From Octopus sinensis (Eukaryota): a stretch of 64,000 bases of DNA. Below are positions 1-11,399 of the stretch, in pieces. The notes beneath the pieces were generated by a model that saw only the letters and a list, made by a program, of their open reading frames with translations, did not search any database and had not been told where the DNA came from. The stretch spans positions 6,820,001-6,884,000 of the forward strand of contig NC_043023.1 of NCBI RefSeq assembly GCF_006345805.1. The letters are read 5' to 3'. The stretch's first letter is position 1; each line of letters opens with the position of its first letter. The position numbers and the translations under genes are program-made.

Positions 1-285
1 TTTATGGTTATTTCAGTAATGATTTTTAATTACCTACCAAAAAAAAAAAAAATAGAATTGGAATTTTTGTTCCAGTCAAAATACCTCAATAAACTTGACA
101 ATATCTCCGACAAAAAAATAATTTGAAATATGACATTCCTTAAGAAAAGATTCAAGAATTCAATAAAATATCTTTGGGATTTTATTAAGCTGGAACTTAA
201 ATCAACATTGAATTTTGATGGAAAGGTTTTTAAGTGGTTTGTAGTGCACCTAGGCACTGTATACAATTTCTTTCATAAATCAATT

Positions 286-692
286 ACTCTTTACTCTTTT
301 ACTTGTTTCAGTCAATTGACTGTGGCCATGCTGGAGCACCGCCTTTAGTCGAGCAAATCGACCCCAGGACTTATTCTTTGTAAGCCTAGTACTTATTCTA
401 TCAGTCTCATTTGCCAAACTGCTAAGTGACAGGGACATAAACACACCAGCATTGGTTGTCAAGCAATGCTAGGGGGACAGACGCACAAACACACACACAT
501 ACACATACATACATATATATACATATATACGACGGGCTTCTTTCAGTTTCCGTCTACCAAATCGACTCACAAGGCTTTGGTCAGCCCGAGGCTTTAGTAG
601 AAGACACTTGCCCAAGGTGCCATGCAGTGGGACTGAACCGGGAACCATGTAGCTCATAAGCAAGCTACTTACCACACAACCACTCCTATGCC
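286..692 (-). mobile_element. tRNA-derived SINE, family A (CORE-like). Other copies at about 1014-1600, 7480-7755, 9380-9793, 16681-17085, 19420-19725, 38465-38852, 44590-44965, 49350-49750 and 59420-59653.
   Basis: Sense strand GGAGTGGCTGTGTGG (A box), GGTTCAGTCC (B box), ACCTTGGGCAAGT, internal (TA)n/(TG)n and (GTAAAAGA)n tail. Confidence 0.85.
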
Positions 693-1219
693 AAATTGCG
701 AAATTAAATTTAATTTTCATTCCAGTAAGAATGCTAAATATCTACCAAAATATAGATTTGGTACTTTCTGTGAATCAACTTACTTCTATAAACTTTGACA
801 TATCTGAACAGAAAATAATTCCAGATATGACATTCCCCCACAAAAGACTGGGATATAAAACAACAGATTGGTATATAAAACTGCTTCCTGGAGTTAAGGG
901 TAACAAAATTTTGACTGGATATATCTGGTTTTTCAATAAATGGGTTAATTACATTAAATAACGGAGTCCTTAATTTGTTAGAAATAGCAGCCAAATCTTG
1001 TCTTAATCTTTGAACTCTTTTACTTGTTTCGGTCATTTGACTGTGGCCATGCTGGAGCACCACCTTTATTCGAATCATATCGACCCCAGGACTTATTCTT
1101 TGCAAGCCCAGTACTTATTCTATCAGTCTCATTTGCCGAACTGCTAAGTTACGGGGACGTAAACACACCAGCATCGCTTGTCAAGCGATGCTAGGGGGAC
1201 AAACACACACACACAACAT

Positions 1220-1250
<31 letters not shown>

Positions 1251-4200
1251 CATATATGCAACGGGCTTCTTTCAGTTTCCGCCTACCAAATTCACTCACA
1301 AGGCTTTGGTTGGCCTGAGGCTATAGTAGAAGACACTTGCCCAAGATGCCACGCAGTGGGACTGAACCCGGAGCCATGTGGTCGGTAAGCAAGCTACTTA
1401 CCACACAGCCACTCCTATGCCTATATATATACATATATACGACAGGCTTCTTTTCAGTTTCCGTCTACCAAATCCACTCACAAGGCTTTGGTCGGCCCGA
1501 GGCTATAGTAGAAGACCCTTGCCCAAGGTGCTACGCAGTGGGACTGAATCTGGAACCATGTGGTTGGTAAGCAAGCTACTTACCACACAGCCTCTCCTAC
1601 TGTGAATTTAAATTTCATAGTGATTCCAGTAAGGATGTTGAATGGCTACCCACCCCCCAAAAAAAGGCTTGGTATTTTCTGCAAACCATGTTGCATCAAT
1701 AAACTTCACATTTCTCTACAGACAATTTCAATTTTTACATTCCGCAACGAAAGATAGGTTGGTGTATAAAATGGTTTTCTGCAGTTAAGGGTAATGAAAA
1801 TTCCGAGTGGATATTACTCTTTTACTTGTTTCAGTCATTTGACTGTAGCCATGCTGGAGCACCGCCTTTAGTCGAGCGAATCGACCACTGGACCGTGGCC
1901 AAGTGTCTTGTACTATAGCCTCAGAATCTCAGGCCAATCAAAGTCTTGTGAGTGGATTTGGCAGCTGGAAACTGAAAGAAGCCCATTGAGGATAAATGTT
2001 TGTGTTTGTGTTTGACCCTCACTACCATTTGACAATTGGTGTTGGTTTGTTAACATCCCCATAACCTAGCAGTTCTGCAAAAGTGACCAATAGAATAATT
2101 ACCAGGTTTAAAAAGAAAAGAAAAAAAAAGCAGGTACTAGAATCAATTTGTTTGACTAAAAATTCTTTAAGATTGTGCTCCAGCATGACCTCAGTTTAAC
2201 CCCTTAATGGATCAATTATTTTGACATGGTGTTTCATTTCAGAGCATATTTTTTAATTTGGTTGGCCCAAGGCTATAGTAGAAGACACTTGCCCAAGGTG
2301 CCATAAAGTGGGACTGAACCCAGAACCATGTGGTTGGTAAGCAAGCTTCTTACCACACAGCCACATCCTCGCACACACACACATCAGACTTTATTTCAGT
2401 TTTTACCTACCAAATCCACTCACAGTGCTTTGGTTGTTCTGAGGCTACAGTAGAGGACCCTCACCGAAGGTGCCATGCAGTGGGACTGAACCTGGAATCA
2501 TTTGGTTGGGAAGCAAGGTTCTTATTAGGCCATGGAGAAATATGACCTTGCTTGGCTATAAGTAAAGGTTGGGGACTACAAGGGCATCCAGCTTTCAAAA
2601 ATCTGCTTCAATAAAATGCATCTGACTCATGAGGACAAATAATTTTTTTTTGTTATAACATAGAATGCATTACCATGGATATCTGTAAATTTTTGCAGTG
2701 ATTTTCTTCTTTAATAATTTCTGAAGCCTGGTGCAAATCAACAATTTGATATCATCACTAGTCAACATGTTCCAAAGGATATCACAATATGATTTTATAA
2801 CATGGGGCATTATTTTTTAGTTATATCAACAGTAATTGTTTTTGAGATGGAGCATTATCACAAAGGTGTATATTTATAACATGGAGTGTGTGTTGAAGGA
2901 TATCACCAATACAATTTTATGACATGTAGCATGTTTTTAAAGATATATTTTTATAACATGGAGCATGCTTTTAAAGGTATATTTTTATAATATTGACTGT
3001 TATAACCAATCTGTTTTTATTACATGGGGTATGTTTTTCAGGATACATGTGTAATGCATGAAGTATTATAATCAGTTTTTAGGACATTTAGCAATATCAC
3101 TAATACACTTTTATAACATGGAGCATGTTCTTATGGATATATTCTTGTAACATGTAGTGTTATAAGCAATATATTTTTTATAACATGGAGGGAATTCTTA
3201 AGTATATAGTTTTGTAACATGGTGTGTTATAACCAGTAGATTTATATAACATGTAGCCTGTTCTCAAGGGTATATTTTTTAACATGGAATGGTGTAACCA
3301 ATATATTTCATATGGGTATATTTTATAACATGGGGTGTATTCTCAAGGATGTAGTTGAATGAAGTTTTATAACCTGTTTATTTTTATAACATGGAGTGTG
3401 TTTTCAAAGATATTTCATAACATGGAGTTTTACAACCAATCTGTTTTGGCAACATGAAGCGTTTTGTCAAAGATCTCGCCAGTATAAATTTTATAATGTA
3501 GCATTTTCTCAAGGGTACAGTTGTATGACATGCAGGCTATTTTTATAACATGGAGCATATTTCCAAAGATGTATTTCTATGAAATGAAGGGTTTTTTTTT
3601 TCAAAGCTAGATATGTAAAACATGAAGTTTTATCAATAAATTATTTTTGTGACCGAGCATTTTTGTTAACATGTATTATTGTAATCCCTGTGCCTTTATA
3701 ACAAGGGGTCTCTCCTCAAATATACCAATGTAATTTTATATCAGAGACTGTGTTCTCACAGAAATTTCCATGTTTTCTAACATGGAGTACATTCCTACAA
3801 TTATTACTGATATTTTCTAACAAGACATGTATTTGTAAAGATACCACCAACATAATTTTCATAACATGGAGGTTTTCAATGATATTTTTTTATAAGATGA
3901 TGTTTTATAATCAAATTGTTTTTTTATAACCAAATGTTTTTATAACAGAGTATATTTTGAAGGCTGTATATTTTTATACCATTGAGTGCATCCTAAAGGG
4001 TATCACTAGTGTAATTTTATATTTTTTATTTATGCACCCTTTTCAGGCTCATGGGCCCGGTTTCCCGGTTTCTATGGCGTATGTGTTCCCCTCAGCTGAA
4101 CGGGACACCAGTCCATCGCAGCGTTACACAAGAAACAGGAAGAGAGTGAGAGAAAGTTGGGGCGAAAGAGTACAACAGGGGTTGCCACCACCCCCTGCTG

Positions 4201-4407
4201 GAGCCTCATGGAGCTTTTAGGTGTTTTCGCTCAATAAACACACACAATGCCTGGTCTGGGATTTGAAACTGTGATCCTCCGACTGCAAGTCCGCTGCCCT
4301 AACCACTGGGCCATTGCGCCTCCACAATGTAATTTTATAACATAGCATATTCTCAAGGATATGATTTTTTCAACATGGATGGTTTTAACTGATTTATTTT
4401 ATAACAT

Positions 4408-5150
4408 GGCCCATGTTTTCAAAGATATATTTTTTATAGCATGAAGCATATTCTCAAGGATATCACCAATAACGTGGCCCATGTTTTCAAAGATATATTT
4501 TTTATAGCATGAAGCATATTCTCAAGGATATCACCAATAACATGGCCCATGTTTTCAAAGATATATTTTTTATAGCATGAAGCATATTCTCAAGGATATC
4601 ACCAATAACATGGCCCATGTTTTCAAAGATATATTCTTTATAGCATGAAGCATATTCTCAAGGATATCACCAATAACGTGGCCCATGTTTTCAAAGATAT
4701 ATTTTTTATAGCATGAAGCATATTCTCAAGGATATCACCAATAACGTGGCCCATGTTTTCAAAGATATATTTTTTATAGCATGAAGCATATTCTCAAGGA
4801 TATCACCAATAACGTGGCCCATGTTTTCAAAGATATATTTTTTATGGCATGAAGCATATTCTCAAGGATATCACCAATAACATGGCCCATGTTTTCAATG
4901 ATATATCTTTTTTATGGCATGAAGCATATTCTCAAGGATATCACCAATAACGTGGCCCATGTTTTCAAAGATATATTTTTTATAGCATGAAGCATATTCT
5001 CAAGGATATCACCAATAACGTGACCCATGTTTTCAAAGATATTTTTTATAGCATGAAGCATATTCTCAAGGATATCACCAATAACGTGGCCCATGTTTTC
5101 AAAGATATATTTTTTATAGCATGAAGCATATTCTCAAGGATATCACCAAT
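4408..5150. repeat. 68-bp minisatellite, about 11 copies, inside a wider degenerate ~30-35-bp repeat field (about 2655-5340 and 6405-6640)
   Basis: Unit ggcccatgttttcaaagatatattttttatagcatgaagcatattctcaaggatatcaccaataacgt. Confidence 0.95.
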
Positions 5151-7790
5151 ATAGTTTTAAAACAAGGATCATGTTTTTTGAAGACACATTTTTAAAATAT
5201 GAGATGCAACCAATGTAGAATGTGTCCTCGAGTATAACCAATCTGATAGAAGTGACTTCATTCTCATGAATATCACAAGATGGTTTCTAACATGGAGCAT
5301 GTTCCCATAAATATGACAAAATTTTATAACCTGAGCAGAATACCTTGTGGTATTGGTTCTGGGTCATTACATTAATGCCAAAGTAAACTTCACTTTTCAG
5401 CTGTCTGAAGCTCACAAAATAAAGTACCAGTTATGTACTGGAGCTCAGTGCAACTGAGCAACACCCCACTCTTCTAGATGGTTAGCTTTGTCCCTAACTT
5501 GAAGTAATTAGTAATTTGAAGATGGTGAGCTGGTAGAATCATTAGCACGTGGATTGGGATGAAAGAGTACAACAGGGGTCGCCACCACCCCCTACCAGAG
5601 CCTTGTGGAGCTTTTAGGTGTTTTCGCTCAATAAACACACACAATGCCCGGTCTGGGATTTGAAACTGCGATCCTCCAACCATGATATAAGCATGTGACT
5701 TTCTGATGCTGTATGCTTTTGGTGATGTCATTGATGTAAGCTGTGTAACTCCATAAAAATGGAGAGAGACATGTAGCAATATAGCTTTATGAATGTGGCA
5801 TTAGACATGCAGCAGTGTAGCTGCATGAACATGTAAAATGTATAGCTTTTCAAAAATGGCATTGGACCTGCTAAGCATTTTTGTCTGACTCACTTTATGA
5901 TCTGAGTTCAAACTCTGCCAAATTAACTTTACCTTTCATCCATTCTAAGTACCAGTGGGGTACTGGGTTCGACATAATCAACTTCTCTCTCTCCTCAAAA
6001 ACTGCTGGCCCCGTACCAAAATTTGAAACTTATTATTATAGGATATTATTTACCTTGGATTGTGGGGTGACCTGCTGTGCTTGAGGAGACCTATTGAGTC
6101 AAGTACATCAACATCAAAATAAAAATCAAATGGAAACTGTAGTTGTGATACCCGTGCCGGTGACACGTAAAAAACACCATCTGAATGTGGTCGATGCCAG
6201 CCTCCTCTGGCCCCTGTGCCGGTGGCACGTAAAAAGCACCCACTACACTCACGGAGTGGTTGGCATTAGGAAGAGCATCCAGCTGTAGAAACACTGCCAG
6301 ATCAGACTGGAGCCTGGTGCAGCCTCCTGGCTTCCCAGACCCCGGGTGAACCGTCCAACCCATGCCAGCATGGAAAACGGACGTTAAACGATGATGATGA
6401 GGCTTTCAACAGTGTTAGAATGAATATGCTTTTATAACATGAAGTGTGTCGTTAAAGATATTACCAGTAAAATTTTATAACATGTAGCATATTTTCATAG
6501 ATATCAGTAATATATTTCAATAACATACAGCATATTTTCATGGATATATTTTATATGATTACATAACATGGAGTGGGACATGTTGTAAAGAATATCAGTA
6601 TTTTATATACCATATTTTTGCAATGTTATGCCCATGATATAAGCATGTGACTTTCTGATGCTGTATGCTTTTGGTGATATCATTGATGTAAGCTGTGTAA
6701 CTCCATAAAGATGGAGAGAGACATGTAGCAATATAGCTTTATGAATGTGGCATTAGTCATGCAGCAGTGTAGCTGCATGAACATGTAAAATGTATAGCTT
6801 TTCAAAAATGGCATTGAACCTGCAGCAGGTAGTTCGGTATGTTAAAAGAACCATTATCGGTAAACTTATACAAAAATTCTATAATTATGAGTATAATTAT
6901 AATTAGGGTTCAGCAAAATTTGCTTCTCCACATACCAAAATTTAGAAATAGCAGTTAAAATACATGCAGGTAAAGAGAAAAAAAAATAACGAATCCACCC
7001 GGCTTTGATTAACTGTATACGAGTTTCTGGGTTAAAGAGATGTAAAAAGATGTAAAATCATATTTCTACTCACTTATTCCCTTCTTCAGTACAGTATTTC
7101 AAATTTTAAATTTGAGACCACTGATAATTAACATATGTATTCGACCAAGCGCCATTGAATAGCACATATCCAAAGACCAGTACTTCTGAATTCAAACAGA
7201 CGAATGAGATCTCGTATTCCTCCTCAACCACCCACGTGTGCCAACAAGCAAAATACCGCAGAAACTGCAGTTTACTATCAGAGAGAGAATTATTTTATCA
7301 TAATATAATATAATATAATTCTCTATAGTCAGAGGGAAACTAATCACATTCTTTGAGGAAAATAACTTGCTGAGTGATATCCAGCATGGCTTTTGACCAG
7401 GTGGGAGCTGCCTGACCCAGCTCTTACATTATGACTGGATGTATGTATATATATATATATATGTATGTATGTTGTTATTTATTCTTTCGGTCTCCTTCTA
7501 CCAAATCGCTAAGTTACAAGGATGCAAACACACCAACACCTGTTGTCTAGCAGCAGTAGGGTGGCACACACACACACATATATATATATACACAACGGGC
7601 TTCTTTCCGTTTCATCTACCAGATCCTTTCAGAAGGCTTTGGTCGGCCCAAGGCTATAGGAGAGGACACTTGCTCATGGTGCCACACACTGTAACTGAAC
7701 CCAGAACCAGGTGGTTGGGAAGCAAGCTTCTTACAACACAGCCATGCCTGTGCCTTATATAATGCGTGTGTGCATATATATATATATATA

Positions 7791-8046
7791 TATGAATAAA
7801 TGAAAGAATGGAGTCGAACGAAGATGTTAACAAAATTCCTTTACTCTCGGCATATGTTTCGAAGACAGCATATTTTTATTCCGAAGGAATAAAAGGTACA
7901 TTATGCAATCTTCTCATCAGGAAAAATAAGGAGCCTCTACCTTTTATTCCTTCGGAATAAAAATATGCTGTCTTCGAAACATATGTCGAGAGTAAAGGAA
8001 TTTTGTTAACATCTTCGTTCGACTCCATTCTTTCATTTATTCATAT
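7791..8046. repeat. Near-perfect inverted repeat (about 108-bp arms, about 39-bp spacer) beside (TA)n
   Basis: 7791-7898 is the reverse complement of 7938-8046. Confidence 0.9.
7844..7925 (-). ncRNA. Hammerhead-ribozyme-like motif inside a fold-back element
   Basis: Minus strand ttttc CTGATGA gaaga...tcttc GAAA catatg CC gagag. The mirror arm (7977-7992, +) reads GAAAcatatgTCgagag. Confidence 0.65.
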
Positions 8047-8218
8047 ACAACACATAAATTTCTACATGAGAACCCGGAGTTTCTACCCTTGACAGGTCGC
8101 TTCAACCCTTGACAGGTTGCTTCAACCGTGTTTTCTGACGGGAATTTGCTACCCAGGTTTCAGTTAAACGAATTTTCCATGCTGACGATAAACATAGGAT
8201 AATTCATTCACTTACTTT

Positions 8219-8610
8219 CATCATCATCATCATCATCATCATTTAACGTCCGCTTTCCATGCTAGCATGGGTTGGACGGTTCAACTGGGGTCTGGGGAGC
8301 CCGAAGGCTGCACCAGGCCAGTCAGATCTGGCAGTGTTTCTACAGCTGGATGCCCTTCCTAACGCCAACCACTCCGAGAGTGTAGTGGGTGATTTTATGT
8401 GCCACCGACACAGGTGCCAGACGAGGCTGGCGAACGGCCACGCTCGGATGGTGTTTTTTATGTGCCACCGACACAGGTGCCAGACGAGGCTGGCAGACGG
8501 CCACGCTCGGATGGTGTTTTTATGTGCCACCGACACAGGTGCCAGATGAGGCTGGCGAACGGCCACGATCGGATGGTGTTTGTTACGTGCCCACAGCACG
8601 GAGGCCAGTT
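8219..8610 (-). mobile_element. Family D interspersed repeat with (GAT)n tail and internal ~60-bp tandem units. Other copies at about 6060-6400, 14105-14381, 15446-15850, 15973-16150, 19915-20290, 33376-33840, 48733-48963, 55700-56150 and 62140-62355.
   Basis: Conserved GTTGGCGTTAGGAAGGGCATCCAGCTGTAGAAAC...CATGGAAAGCGGACGTTAAA(TGA)n. Confidence 0.8.
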
Positions 8611-9824
8611 TATATATATAATATATATGTGTGTGTGTGTGTTTGTGTGTGAGGGATAGCCACTGTGTGGACACCCTTATGCTATGGTCTTACCACTAAG
8701 AAATGTTTTCAAGGAAAATTCAGCAAACGACCAAAACGTAATCAAGCAAGACAAAAGAAAAGCAATAAAAATATGGATTATTCACATACATGTTTTGCTA
8801 TTACCATATTACATAATTTTACTTAAGAAATGTCCGTAGATCTTCGGTGTGATCATCCAAATGAATATAATTTGCAGAACTATATACTAGGACATCCGCA
8901 CAAAGTCAGAACTGTATATAGTTCTACCTATTAACTTGTGGTTATATATATATATATATATATATTATAATAGTAATAATAATAATATGAGGGAATATTA
9001 TTCCAAACTTACAGGGAAAAATTCAATTTAGAAATACTAATTCAAATTTCACAAAATATAATATATATATATAAATTAGAAATTAACCACCTTTTATTCA
9101 TACCAAATATATACGTTTTATTTATTATTTTGCACATTACTTAACCATTGTTATATGTTTTATCTTATATTTAATCTTTCTATAAGATGTAATTTTTTAA
9201 ATGGCATAATCTAATTTTTTCATTATTGAATTGATAAAAGGTGGGTTTTTTTTCTAATCTATATCTATCTATATATATATATGTATATATGTATATGTAT
9301 ATATATATGTACATGTATATATGTATATATATATATGTATGTATATATATATATACATATATATGTGTGTGTGTATATACTCTTTTACTCTTTTACTTGT
9401 TTCAGTCATTTGACTATGGCCATGCTGAAGCACCACCTTTAGTTGAGGAAATCGACCCCAGGACTTATTCTTTGTAAGCCTAGTACTTATTCTATCGGTC
9501 TCTTTTGCCGAACCGCTAAGTTATGGAGGCGTAAACACAACATCATTGTTGTCAAGTGATGTTTATGGGGGGGGGGAAGCACAGACTCACAAATGCACAC
9601 ACACACACACATATATATATACATATATACAACAGGCTTCTTTCAGTTTCTGTCTACCAAATCCACTCACAAGGCTTTGTTCGGCCCGAGGCTATAGTAG
9701 AAGACACTTGCCCAAGGTGTCACGCAGTGGGACTGAACCCGGAACCATGTGGTTGGTAAGCAAGCTACTTACCACACAACCACTCCTGCGCCTATATATA
9801 TAAATAATGATGATGATGATGATG

Positions 9825-11244
9825 ATATATAGAGATGATCTTCTACTAATTACAAAGAATTGTACTAATAGGAATCTAGAAGTATATAAGAAGAAACTAT
9901 ATAGTTTCTTTAAAAGATATGGTTTAAGTATTACTATATATAAGGAGAATTTTAATGTTAATTATTTAGATGTTAATTTTAATCTAATTACAGGTAAAAC
10001 ACAACCATATCATAAAATTAATGAGAACCTTAGATATATAAATGTTAATAGTAATCACCCACTTTCTATTAAAAAATCGTTGATTAATAATATAAGTAAA
10101 CGTATTTCATTACTCTCTTATGATATAGAGATTTTTAATAAACATGCTACTTATTATAATGAGGCCCTTAGAGGGGCAGGTTATAATAGGAATATTAAAT
10201 TTTATAATATTAATGATACAGATTTAACTAATAATTTTCAAGATAATTATAATAATAATTATAATTTTGTTAGTATTAGTGGTAAAAATATTAGAAATTA
10301 TAAAAATAAAAATAATAAAAATAAAAATAAAAATGAAAATAATAATAATAAACATAAGAATAATAAAAATAAAAATAAAATTAATAATAATAATAATAAT
10401 TGATAAAATTAATAATATTAATAATTCCTTAAATGCTGTACATAGATATAATTCTGATAATAATTTTAATAAGTTAAAGAATTATAAATATAATAATTAT
10501 AATAATGACAATTATAATAAGGTTAATAAGAATAAAATTTGGTTAATAGTTCCTTATGGTGATCAAGTAAAAACGAATATTATCAAAGAGATTTTAGATA
10601 TTATAGAACTATTTATTAGAGATAATCGTAAATATAGAAACATTTTCTCTAGTAATAATTTTGGAGTAGGTTATTCCACCACTAATAATGTAGGTAACAT
10701 TATTTCTTCATTTAATAAATTTAAACTGAATAATTTTTATAAAAATAAATTATTAGATAATAATAATAATAGAGATAAGACTTATATTAATTGTACTTGT
10801 AGAGATAAATCTAAATGTATATTGAATAATAATTGTGATATTAGAGATGTAGTGTATAAATGTATAGTTACATTACATGATAATAATTTTAAGAATAATA
10901 ATTACCCAAGAGCAGTTTATATAGGGTCTACTTCCTCTAAAATAAAATTAAGAATCGCACAACATATGAATTCTTTTAAAAATAAAAACTTAATCAACTC
11001 CACTGGACTTAGTAAGTACATTTGGAGACTTAAATCACAAAATATTAATTATAGTTTAACTTGGGAAATAATTTGTAAAACTAAATCATATACTATAGGA
11101 GCGAATTGTTGTTATTTATGCTCTAATGAGTTTAAAGAAATTTTATTTTATAAGTATGATAATTTACTTAATACAGGTGAAGAGTGCAAAATAAAATGTA
11201 GACATATGTTACTTTACCTATATAATAAGTTTCATGTTAAATAA
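9825..11244 (+). mobile_element. 5'-truncated Penelope-like retroelement ORF: RT palm/thumb, Cys-rich linker and C-terminal GIY-YIG endonuclease, with a 1-nt frameshift near 10400
   Basis: RT motifs IYRDDLL, VNYLDVNFNL and YINVNSNHP..IKK..I...ISKRIS.LS; linker CTCRDKSKCILNNNC (CxCx5Cx5C); endonuclease VVYKC...VYIGST...R...H...STGLSKYIW.LK...WEII...CYLC..E...LLN...KCRH. Confidence 0.9.
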
Positions 11245-11399
11245 CTTTAATAGCTTCCTTAAAGGTTACTTTAGTTTAATATTAATTTTAGTTTAGAGTA
11301 CTATATATATTTTTAGTTATATAGTTTAGGCTTTAATTATAGTTAGTCTTTAATTGGTATTTCTTTGTTTTAATTAATTCATTTTAATGTATATTAATA

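Noticed and set aside
456-1605. Recurrent short ORFs such as 'DGLLSVSVYQIHSQGFGRPEAIVEDTCPRCHAVGLNPEPCGW' throughout the window
   Set aside because: These are translations of the antisense strand of the family A SINE, not genes.
10401-10403. TGA in the Penelope ORF as a selenocysteine codon
   Set aside because: It is not at a conserved Cys, and the downstream domain is in a different frame, so a frameshift explains it.
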